A DNA stretch of 64,000 nucleotides from a plasmid: sequence record NZ_KX443399.1. The stretch is one strand, 5' to 3'. The stretch's first letter is position 1, and every line of letters starts with the position of its first letter. The translations under genes and the position numbers were made by a program. Shown here piece after piece: positions 29,320-37,351 of the stretch. Under the pieces are notes generated by a model. It worked only from the letters and a program-made list of their open reading frames with translations, was not told the DNA's origin and ran no database searches.

Positions 29320-29604
29320 ATGCGGACAGTTCCCATCGACGAGGCCCAGTCAGAGCTGCCGCGCCTCGTCGACCAGGCCGCGCGCGGCCGCGAGTCCTAC
29401 GAAATCACCCGCGACGGAGACCGCGTCGCCGTGATCGTCGGCGCCGACGACTACGACGCCCTGCGCGAGACCATCGTCGTTCTCGCCGACCAATGGATAT
29501 ACGCCGAACACCTCGTCGGCCAGGCCGACATCGCCGCCGGAGATGTCCTCGACGTAACCGGGCTCACCGCGCTCCTCGCCGAGGAACGCCCCCACCGCAG
29601 CTGA
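29320..29604 (+). CDS. Phd/YefM-family antitoxin-like protein with no adjacent toxin
   Basis: 'MRTVPIDEAQSELPRLVDQAARGRESYEITRDGDRVAVIVGADDYDALRETI' is the Phd/YefM fold signature. Confidence 0.55.
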   Translation: MRTVPIDEAQSELPRLVDQAARGRESYEITRDGDRVAVIVGADDYDALRETIVVLADQWIYAEHLVGQADIAAGDVLDVTGLTALLAEERPHRS

Positions 29605-29710
29605 ACGACCAACGCGGCCGCCACATTCTGTGCGGAAGCGCCAGAAAAGCAGCGTGAACTGGGGAAACGACACGTCCCCTTTCGTGCTGAGCCAGAGAGA
29701 GGAACACGCA

Positions 29711-29878
29711 TGAAGCAGGGAGACCTCGTGAAGGTCCACGAGAAGGGCCGCTCGGTCTTCACCATCGTCACCATCGACGAGGAGGATGGCAGTGCGGTCA
29801 TCGAGTCAGCGATTGACGCCCCCGGCAAGTACCCCTTCCCCGCTCCGCTGGCGGGCCTGGTGCGCGTCGAGCAGTAGG
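29711..29878 (+). CDS. Small ORF (55 aa)
   Basis: RBS AGAGAGGAAC, with the ACGACACGTCCCC motif 40 bp upstream. Confidence 0.3.
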
Positions 29879-30120
29879 GGTACCCCGTAAACGTGCGCGT
29901 CGCCGTGGATCTTTTGGTGCAGGACCCCGCGAAGTTCGGCGCGCCGTTCTTCGGCGGGTCGGGCTGGTACCGCTGATCGCCGTCTGGCACTGACCGCGCC
30001 CCACGGTGCGGGTCTGAAGCACTGTGTGGAACATCGACCTGTCCAGGCCGAGATCCGCTGGAAGATTGGCAAAAGGCCCCTCCCGAGCCGGGAGGGGCCT
30101 TTCTCGTCGAGCGTGTCGCG

Positions 30121-30807
30121 CTACGGACGGCGAGGACCGCGGGCTGCGAACACAGCGACCGTGCCGACCACCGTCAGATCGACCGTCTCGAACGCGGCAT
30201 CCAGCGCGGTCTCGAGTCCGGCCTGGTCGTCGTCCCGGTTGTGGAAGACCTTCATCGGGCCGTTGTAGAGCGCGCACAACGCCTTACCGAGGGGATTGTG
30301 CGGAACCCCGGTGCCGAGGATCGTCGAGCCGAAGAACACCCCGTCATCGGCGACGACCGCGGCGATGTGCGCAAAGCCCTTGCCCTTCTCGGCCCAGGTC
30401 CCGGGCACGCAGTGCATGACGAAGTTCGCCGCCACGGAATCGAACTGGCCCAGGCCAGTGTCGATCGGGGCGAGGATGCTGCCGGTATGCGACGTGGGCG
30501 CGATCCCGCGACCGGCCAACCGGCTGGTCGTCAGCTTCATCGTTGCCGGGTTGAGGTCCATCAACGTCACCTCGGGCGAGGCGGTCGGGTACGTCGCGTG
30601 CTTGAGGTACCACCCAGTGCCGGGGCCGATGTCGAGGTGACGCGCACCGAGATTCGCGTCGTAGTGTGCGAGTAGACGCTCGGTCGGACATCCCCACGCG
30701 AAGCTGTTGCTGACACGGAGGACGAGAGTGTCGTACACCGCCAAGGCCGCTCGGTTGTAGAGCGCTGCTCCGTCCTTCTCGGCCTGCGTGACTTCGCTCT
30801 CCGACAT
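30121..30807 (-). CDS. SAM-dependent methyltransferase (paralog of 8338-9093)
   Basis: 'ARHLDIGPGTGW', 'GVFFGSTILGTG', 'VFHNRDDDQAGL'. Confidence 0.75.
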   Translation of the reverse strand: MSESEVTQAEKDGAALYNRAALAVYDTLVLRVSNSFAWGCPTERLLAHYDANLGARHLDIGPGTGWYLKHATYPTASPEVTLMDLNPATMKLTTSRLAGRGIAPTSHTGSILAPIDTGLGQFDSVAANFVMHCVPGTWAEKGKGFAHIAAVVADDGVFFGSTILGTGVPHNPLGKALCALYNGPMKVFHNRDDDQAGLETALDAAFETVDLTVVGTVAVFAARGPRRP

Positions 30808-30917
30808 CCATTTCCCCTAGTAATCGACACTCTCCAGCCAAACAGCCAGAGTGGTCGATGGTAGTGGGGGACTTGCAGTGACAGCGGATCGACGAGGTCG
30901 CACGGTGTGTGCGTCGA

Positions 30918-31124
30918 TCAGCGTAGTTCGATCAGCAACCAGGAGATCGACACGCACGCGGCAGTGAACGCGGTGATCAGGAGTGCGGGCACCGTCCCCA
31001 CTCCGACCATCAATGCGAAGACGCCCGGCACAGTGAGGATCACCACAATGCACAACCACCACACAGCTTTCGGCGCGCGAGTGTCTGCCGGGCTGTGCCG
31101 TTCTGGTTTCGGAAGATTCGCCAT
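30918..31124 (-). CDS. Small two-TM membrane protein
   Basis: 'MANLPKPERHSPADTRAPKAVWWLCIVVILTVPGVFALMVGVGTVPALLITAFTAACVSISWLLIELR'. Confidence 0.3.
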   Translation of the reverse strand: MANLPKPERHSPADTRAPKAVWWLCIVVILTVPGVFALMVGVGTVPALLITAFTAACVSISWLLIELR

Positions 31125-31357
31125 CTCAACTGTCCCCGTACAGATGTCGTATGTAGGAAGCTCAGGCGGGAGACGCACAGACCCGTCATGCACGTCCCCC
31201 GCCACCTAGCGCGGCGCCCTCGAGCGCTCGGTCTGCCAGCAGGCCGGCCAGGGTTCCCCCACCAACTGACCGCCCACAGTCGACGGTAGTCCAGCGACTG
31301 CGGCCGCACGAGAGAGCCCTAGCGAATTGCACTGCGGTGCAATGATTTAACGATCAA

Positions 31358-32080
31358 TTAGTCGGCGTGGTGGACCGGTTCGAGCAGTTCAGGAGAGTTG
31401 TTGCGAACGGAATTGACCGCTGTGCTCACCTCCCGCGGAATCAGATGCGGCTCGGGGATCGAGTTCACCAGGGCCTGCACGTCGTCGCGATCGGTCAGCT
31501 GCGGATCGAGCCAGTGATCGACGAACGAGTCCGGAAGGATCACCGGGCACCGATCATGGATGTGTCCGAGCGAGTCCTTGGCCGGGGCAGTCAAGACAGT
31601 TGTCGTCCATAACCACTTGTCCGGGTGGTCGTCAGGCAGGTCGGGGTTCGGCCACAACTCGTAGAGGCCGGCCATTGCGAGTACACCTTCGCCGTGCAGG
31701 TAGAACGGCGTCTTCGGTCCGTGCGCCGACTTCTGCCACTCGTAGTAGCCATCGGCCGGCACGATGCACCGTCGCCGCGCGGCGGCCGCCCGGAAGCTGG
31801 GCTTCTCGGTCACTGTCTCCGATCGCGCGTTGATCATCCGCGAACCGATCTTCGGGTCCTTCGACCACGCCGGCACCAGGCCCCACCGAACCGACGACCG
31901 GAGCTGGCGGACCGGCTCCGCCCCCGGGTCCTCACGCGGCGCACGCTCGAGGATCACCCGCACATCCTGGGTGGGGGCGACGTTGTACGACGGACCCAAC
32001 GCGGGGCCGACCGACTCGACGACGTCGAACAAGCTCCGCAGTTCACGATCTGTCGTCGTGCTCGCATAGCGCCCACACAT
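31358..32080 (-). CDS. SOS-response-associated peptidase (SRAP/YedK, DUF159), intact
   Basis: Starts 'MCGRYAS' with the catalytic Cys2. 'SYNVAPTQ', 'IVPADGYYEW', 'GHIHDRCPVIL'. Confidence 0.8.
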   Translation of the reverse strand: MCGRYASTTTDRELRSLFDVVESVGPALGPSYNVAPTQDVRVILERAPREDPGAEPVRQLRSSVRWGLVPAWSKDPKIGSRMINARSETVTEKPSFRAAAARRRCIVPADGYYEWQKSAHGPKTPFYLHGEGVLAMAGLYELWPNPDLPDDHPDKWLWTTTVLTAPAKDSLGHIHDRCPVILPDSFVDHWLDPQLTDRDDVQALVNSIPEPHLIPREVSTAVNSVRNNSPELLEPVHHAD

Positions 32081-32625
32081 GCCGAACTCCCGTCGCCGCA
32101 GGTACGGAACGGACGATACGGCCGCACGCTGGACCTGGGACGGATTCGCGCTCGTCCTGTGGAAGCGGCTGGCCGCCCAGACTGTCTTCACCCACGTCGT
32201 CCATCACGGGAACCTTTTCGATCCTCGCCGCATCTGACCTGATGAACGGGACAGGATGAGAGCCAGTTTCCAGCCGGTCGAAGTGATCCTGCCGAAGTGA
32301 GATCACAGGCGTGCCCGCACGCTCGAAGAATCCTGTCCCGTTCCACGGCGCCGTGACACCAAAATCATTCGCCCCCAATTGTTGTCGGGGGATCAACCTG
32401 CAAGGAGTGCTCGTGAATATCGTCTACCTCGCATCGAATCTGCTCGCTCTGGCAAACAATGCTCTGGTCTTCGGCGCCAACCTGAACAACCTGGGCTCCG
32501 CGCGCGTCTGAACCGAAGTTGGCAGGGGTCGTTCTCTCATTGACGGGGGAGAACGACCCCTGCCTCATTCGGCGTTGCCACTGGCCGCCGCAAGCAAACC
32601 GCGACCGGCCGATCTCGACTGGCGG

Positions 32626-32660
32626 GGAACTTTCCGCTCCGCGGCTGCATCTGACTGTGT
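32626..32660 (+). promoter_or_regulatory. ECF-type promoter (GGAAC-N16-GCATCTGA), copy 1
   Basis: GGAACTTTCCGCTCCGCGGCTGCATCTGACTGTGTAG, 45 bp upstream of the start codon at 32702. Confidence 0.6.
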
Positions 32661-32701
32661 AGACGCGGAGGAACGGTCCTCCGCATGGGGAGGAGAACGA
32701 G

Positions 32702-33406
32702 ATGAGCAGCCCGGAGAACACCGTCAGTGACTACTCGCGTCTGGACGAGGTCGACAAGAACATCGACGACCTGAAGATCGACCCGATCCAGCCGGAGACC
32801 ACCGATGAGCCGGCGCCGTCGGCGGTCGAGTCGGAACACGCTGTTCCGGGTATCGACAACGGCGCGAACCCGGTCGTCATGGGTGATCCGGAGTCCGCCA
32901 CGTTCGTCGACCCGGCGTCGCCGGCCACCGCGCCGCCCGGTAACTACGCGTCGGCCCGGGACATCGACGGCGACGGGGTCGTCGACACCACGATGATCGA
33001 CCTCGACGGTGACGGTGTTGTGGATCAGATCAACCACGATACGAACGGTGACGGGGTCATCGACGTCGTCGAGACCTCCACCCGCGGCGACGGAAAGTTC
33101 GACGCGATTGAGCGTGACACCGACCACGACGGGGCCGTCGACAAGGCCGAGCTGGACATGGATGGCGACGGCGCCATCGACACCGTCGGATTCGACACCA
33201 ACGGTGACGGCAAGCCCGACGAGATCGACATGGACACAGACGGCGACGGCCGCATCGACACCGTCGCCCTCGACACCAACGGTGACGGCACATTCGACTA
33301 CATGGGCATCGACACCGACGGTGACGGCCTGGCCGACGAGATCCTGACCGATGCCGGCCAGACCGGGGACTGGAACCAGGTCCCGGACGCCTCCGACCTC
33401 ATCTGA
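32702..33406 (+). CDS. Acidic secreted-type protein with about 12 D-x-D-G-D-G-x-x-D calcium-binding-like repeats
   Basis: Repeats such as 'DIDGDGVVD', 'DLDGDGVVD', 'DTNGDGVID' recur throughout the C-terminal two-thirds. Confidence 0.6.
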   Translation: MSSPENTVSDYSRLDEVDKNIDDLKIDPIQPETTDEPAPSAVESEHAVPGIDNGANPVVMGDPESATFVDPASPATAPPGNYASARDIDGDGVVDTTMIDLDGDGVVDQINHDTNGDGVIDVVETSTRGDGKFDAIERDTDHDGAVDKAELDMDGDGAIDTVGFDTNGDGKPDEIDMDTDGDGRIDTVALDTNGDGTFDYMGIDTDGDGLADEILTDAGQTGDWNQVPDASDLI

Positions 33407-33443
33407 CCCGGCCACCCACCCTGCACGGAGACGAGACCCGTTG

Positions 33444-34355
33444 ATGGACGACACCTACGGCATCAGCATCGGCGACGAGCTGATCACAGCCGCTACCGAC
33501 GAGACGACCGATCTGGCCGACATGGGTCTGGAGATCGGCGATCCGCTACTGCCCGGTCCGCCGATCCTTCCCTCAGACGTGGACACCGACCAGGAAGCTG
33601 CACCAGTCCCTTCCACACCGCCCGCGCCGGCCGAGCCACCGGCCCCTGCCGTGTCCGTGCCCGATCTCGATGAGCCGGCCGCTCCCGCAGTTGATACCGA
33701 CGCTGCGATCGTCGCGCCGGTCGAGGAACCTGCGGAAGGCACCCACGGCAATACGGCCGCCTGGACGGGGGATTGGTTCTTCCAGGAGGTCGACGGGTAC
33801 TGCGGGCCGTCGTCCGCGGCGCAGTTGGTCTCGGAGTACACGGGCCTGGACATCTCCGATCCGCAGCAGCTCGTCGACCGCGCTCTCGAGCTCGGGTTGT
33901 TCGTCGGTGGGGACCCGACGAACGGCATGACGATCACCTCGCTGGAGGTGCTGCTCGAGGACCAGGGCGTGCCGTGCCACGTGGAGTCCAGCAGCATGGA
34001 CGACCTCGCGGCCAAGCTCGATGACGGCTACGGGGTGATCGCGATGGTCGACTCGGGCGAGCTGTGGACACCCTCGGACGAGGTCGTTGAGGACGACACC
34101 GCCGACCACGTTCTCGTGGTCGCCGGCATCGACACCGACCGCGGCGTCGTCACGCTCTCCGACCCGGGGAATCCGAACGGCAACGGGCTCGAGGTGCCGA
34201 TCTCGCAGTTCGAGGGTGCATGGGCGGATTCGGGGCACACGATGCTCGTCGCGGACGACACCGACCCCGACCTGGTGGCCGATGCTCCTGCGGATGAGAC
34301 GGCGATGGCGTTGCAGCCGCGGCCGTGGGCGATGGTCGACCTGATCGGGACGTGA
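33444..34355 (+). CDS. Protein with a C39-like (papain-fold) cysteine peptidase domain
   Basis: 'FQEVDGYCGPSSAAQLVSEYTG ... DHVLVVAGID' resembles the Peptidase_C39_2 Q/C...H arrangement. The N-terminus is Pro/Ala-rich. Confidence 0.45.
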   Translation: MDDTYGISIGDELITAATDETTDLADMGLEIGDPLLPGPPILPSDVDTDQEAAPVPSTPPAPAEPPAPAVSVPDLDEPAAPAVDTDAAIVAPVEEPAEGTHGNTAAWTGDWFFQEVDGYCGPSSAAQLVSEYTGLDISDPQQLVDRALELGLFVGGDPTNGMTITSLEVLLEDQGVPCHVESSSMDDLAAKLDDGYGVIAMVDSGELWTPSDEVVEDDTADHVLVVAGIDTDRGVVTLSDPGNPNGNGLEVPISQFEGAWADSGHTMLVADDTDPDLVADAPADETAMALQPRPWAMVDLIGT

Positions 34356-34391
34356 CCGCGCATCCTGAGTCCCGGCACGTCAGAATTGGTG

Positions 34392-34428
34392 GGAACCTTT
34401 CCGCTTCTGGCTGCATCCAACCGGTAGG
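34392..34428 (+). promoter_or_regulatory. ECF-type promoter, copy 2
   Basis: GGAACCTTTCCGCTTCTGGCTGCATCCAACCGGTAGG. Confidence 0.6.
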
Positions 34429-34458
34429 TGACCATTTTCGACGGGAGGCGGTAGCGCG

Positions 34459-34809
34459 ATGACGGAACCGGACGTGAGCCTGTGGCAGGCGCTCGGCATC
34501 TCGGCCGACGACGCCCTCGAACAGGTCCCCGACGACGTGTGGGCGTCGGCGGTCGCGCACGCGGTCGACCCGGCCACCCCCGAGGTGGACTCCTCCCTGG
34601 TCCCGGACATGGACGACTCCGACCCGGACCCGTTCGAGAGCGACGGTGACCTCGCCGCGCTGCTGCACGACGATGCCGCCGGTAGTCACGATGGGCTGGG
34701 CGGCGTTGACGACATCGACCTCGGTGACGACTTCGACGATGCCGGTGCCGACGGCCACCACCATCACGACGCCGATGATGGTCTCGACGTCGACGACAAC
34801 GGGTTCTGA
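34459..34809 (+). CDS. Highly acidic protein (Asp/His-rich C-terminus)
   Basis: 'DDAGADGHHHHDADDGLDVDDNGF'. First gene downstream of ECF promoter 2 and upstream of the sigma factor. Confidence 0.45.
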   Translation: MTEPDVSLWQALGISADDALEQVPDDVWASAVAHAVDPATPEVDSSLVPDMDDSDPDPFESDGDLAALLHDDAAGSHDGLGGVDDIDLGDDFDDAGADGHHHHDADDGLDVDDNGF

Positions 34810-34932
34810 CCAGTCTCGATGCCGCGCAGAAGGCCTTTCGCTCTGCCCTGGGCGGGAAGCCTTCCCTGGCTGCCGGATACACTTCGCGGCGGCTGATCGA
34901 GCCGATCGAAAAGATCCTGGGGGGATCCTGAC

Positions 34933-35460
34933 GTGACTGATGGGGAATTGCTGGCCTTGTGCCGGCAGGGGCACGAGACCGCGTTCTCGGAGTTGGTGGG
35001 CCGCTACCGGAACCGCCTGTGGTCGATCTGTTTCCGGGTGACCGGCAACCGCGAGGACGCCGAAGAAGCCGTCCAGGACACGCTGACTTCCGCGTGGCAG
35101 AACCTGCACAAGTTCCGGGGCGACGCGAAGGTCTCCACCTGGCTGTACCGGATCGCCGCCAACGCCTCCCTGGCCGTGGTGCGCAAGCGCAAGGAAACCG
35201 TCGCTGACCTCGACGTCATCGAACTCGAAGACCCCGCCCCGCTCACCGCGGACAGGGTCGCCGACGTCGACGCCGTCCGCCGCGCCCTCGCCGAGCTGCC
35301 CGAGGACTTCCGCGTCGCGGTCGTCCTTCGCGAGTTCGCCGAGATGTCCTACGCCGACATCGCTGAACACCAAGGCATCCCGGTCGCCACCGTGAAAACG
35401 CGCATCAACCGGGCCCGCAAACAGCTGATCACGCTGCTCGCACCGACCCAGACCGGGTAG
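34933..35460 (+). CDS. ECF (sigma-70 family group IV) RNA polymerase sigma factor
   Basis: Region 2 'RYRNRLWSICFRVTGNREDAEEAVQDTL' and region 4 'LPEDFRVAVVLREFAEMSYADIAEHQGIPVATVKTRINRARKQL'. Confidence 0.85.
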   Translation: MTDGELLALCRQGHETAFSELVGRYRNRLWSICFRVTGNREDAEEAVQDTLTSAWQNLHKFRGDAKVSTWLYRIAANASLAVVRKRKETVADLDVIELEDPAPLTADRVADVDAVRRALAELPEDFRVAVVLREFAEMSYADIAEHQGIPVATVKTRINRARKQLITLLAPTQTG

Positions 35461-35467
35461 GCCGGCG

Positions 35468-35656
35468 GTGACAGAAGACCTGCCTGAGACCGAGCGTTTG
35501 CGCCGCGAGCTCGAGATGCTCGCCGACGTCCGTGCCCGCATCCGCGACTCTGTCGGCCCCGATGCCCGGATCCCGACCGGCACCGTGGACGCCGTTCTCG
35601 ACGACTACAACGCCGCCCTCGAACGTGAACGAGGCGACGACCCGGACGTGGAATGA
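35468..35656 (+). CDS. Small acidic protein (possible anti-sigma or partner)
   Basis: 62 aa, immediately 3' of the sigma factor gene. Confidence 0.3.
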   Translation: MTEDLPETERLRRELEMLADVRARIRDSVGPDARIPTGTVDAVLDDYNAALERERGDDPDVE

Positions 35657-36174
35657 CCGCCGAGTACGACGAGGACGAGATCGACGAGTGGCCAAGCCGA
35701 ATGGGTCGCACCCCGATCGGACCTGCGATCCACGTGCAGTTCGCCAAGGAAGCACACCTCGCGCTGATCGCTGTCGCCGAGCCTTTCGGGCAGCGTCGAC
35801 GCAGTGCCGTCATCCGTGTCGCGATCGGCCGCCTACTCGCGGACGGCACCGACCTGGACGCTCTGGTGCGTGAGAGAGAGGCGAACCGTGCCACCAGGCC
35901 GGTCTTCTCGAGCATCGTGAACATGCACCTCGGTCAGGAACTGGCCGACAACCTCTCTCGCGTCGCCCGCGACCTTGGCACCAATCGGACCGAACTGATC
36001 CGCATCGCCGTGGACCTCTTTCTCGTCGACCTCACGCAACTGCGTCTCGTCGGCACCCCGTTCGACCTCGAAACCGCGATCAACGCCGAAATCTTCAACG
36101 GCGAAGCAAACCGTGACCTACTGATCAGACGCCGATTGCGCAGGGAGGCCGAACGTCTCGGCACTGCCCAGTAG
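35653..36174 (+). CDS. Protein with two tandem ribbon-helix-helix modules
   Basis: 'IHVQFAKEAHLALIAVAEPFGQRRRSAVIRVAIGRLL' and 'VNMHLGQELADNLSRVARDLGTNRTELIRIAVDLFL'. Confidence 0.45.
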   Translation: MTAEYDEDEIDEWPSRMGRTPIGPAIHVQFAKEAHLALIAVAEPFGQRRRSAVIRVAIGRLLADGTDLDALVREREANRATRPVFSSIVNMHLGQELADNLSRVARDLGTNRTELIRIAVDLFLVDLTQLRLVGTPFDLETAINAEIFNGEANRDLLIRRRLRREAERLGTAQ

Positions 36175-36603
36175 CCGTGCTTCTTGCCGTGCGTGAGGTG
36201 GGCGGCCATTGAACCGTGTGGCTCGGTCACCGAGAAGTCGTCGGCCGGTGGCGCGGCCTGTGGGTTACGTTCCAATTCAGGGGCGGGGAGCCCCGGAATC
36301 AGGGGAGGGGAATCGAGCATGGGTGCAGCAGCATTCGTCCGCGACCGGGAAGCAGTGGGGAAGCTGCTCACGGTGGCGGCCACGATCGTCGTTCCGTACG
36401 CGCTCTGGCCGCTGGTCATGGTGTGGGCGGTCCTGTACTTCAGCACATCCGGGGTTAAGCGCCTGGCCACTCGGAGGTGAGATCAGCCGTCGGGCAGTGG
36501 CTGCACGCCGGGGGACGTGTCATCTTCCCAGCTGACGGCCGCGAATGGGAGATCGGACGTGTGGTGGCGCGGCGGTACGACCTTGCGCCGGGGCGTCGGG
36601 TCC

Positions 36604-37320
36604 TTACGGGTTGGTCGTGGTGACGGTGCCGTCGCCTTCGACGAACAGTCGGTAGCCGAAGTCCTTGAGGGGATTGTCGGGGCTGGTTCGCGCGTACTGG
36701 GCGAGCGACATCACTGCTCCACACGGTTTCGTGTCAAGCTTGAGGACGAAGAATGCTGCGGACATATCGCTGGTCCTTGCCTGAATGCCAGCAGTGCCAA
36801 GAGGTTTGTCGCCCACCTCCTTGGACAGGTCCGTGGCGCGTGTGTAGGTGACCGGCTGCCCGTTCAGTGGGCTGGTCGAGTCGATCGAAGAGTCCCTGTT
36901 CTGAGCGGTGTCGAAGCCCATGCAGTCGATCGGCCAAAGGTGCCAGGTGACTGCCTCGTTCACCATCTTGTTGGTCGTCGCCCGGTCGTTGTCCACACTG
37001 CGGATGAAGTCGGTAAAGCTGATCGTCGACAGGTCATGGCCCGGCCAGGACACGATGTAGATGGATTCCTCCTCGACGCCGAAGAGGGCTCGGCTATCGG
37101 CGGCGGTCAGCTCAAAGGCGCGGGCGCCCTCGGGAAGATCGGTATTGAACGTCGCCGAGCCGACCGTGAACTGGTCGGCGTAGACGTGCGCCTCCTCGGA
37201 TGCGGAAGTCACCTGGTCATCTGGTGCGTCGGTTGAACATCCGGCGATCATGGAGACGACGGTGGCTGCCGCGATCACCGATGCAGCGAGGCGGCGGGTT
37301 CCGGAAGCAAGCGTGGTCAT
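36604..37320 (-). CDS. Lipoprotein
   Basis: Signal peptide with the lipobox 'VVSMIAGCS'. Last gene of the dynamin operon. Confidence 0.55.
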   Translation of the reverse strand: MTTLASGTRRLAASVIAAATVVSMIAGCSTDAPDDQVTSASEEAHVYADQFTVGSATFNTDLPEGARAFELTAADSRALFGVEEESIYIVSWPGHDLSTISFTDFIRSVDNDRATTNKMVNEAVTWHLWPIDCMGFDTAQNRDSSIDSTSPLNGQPVTYTRATDLSKEVGDKPLGTAGIQARTSDMSAAFFVLKLDTKPCGAVMSLAQYARTSPDNPLKDFGYRLFVEGDGTVTTTNP

Positions 37321-37351
37321 GTGGGATGAACTCCGTTTCGGTGAGCGGTGG

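Noticed and set aside
32537-33454. 305-aa minus-strand ORF of G/V/D repeats
   Set aside because: The mirror image of the DxDGDG repeat gene on the plus strand. The plus frame has the start, the ECF promoter and the RBS.
34150-35583. 477-aa minus-strand ORF
   Set aside because: Antisense to the acidic-protein and ECF sigma genes. Low complexity.
36517-37236. 239-aa plus-strand ORF
   Set aside because: Antisense to the lipoprotein gene of the dynamin operon, which has a clear lipobox and coherent sequence.
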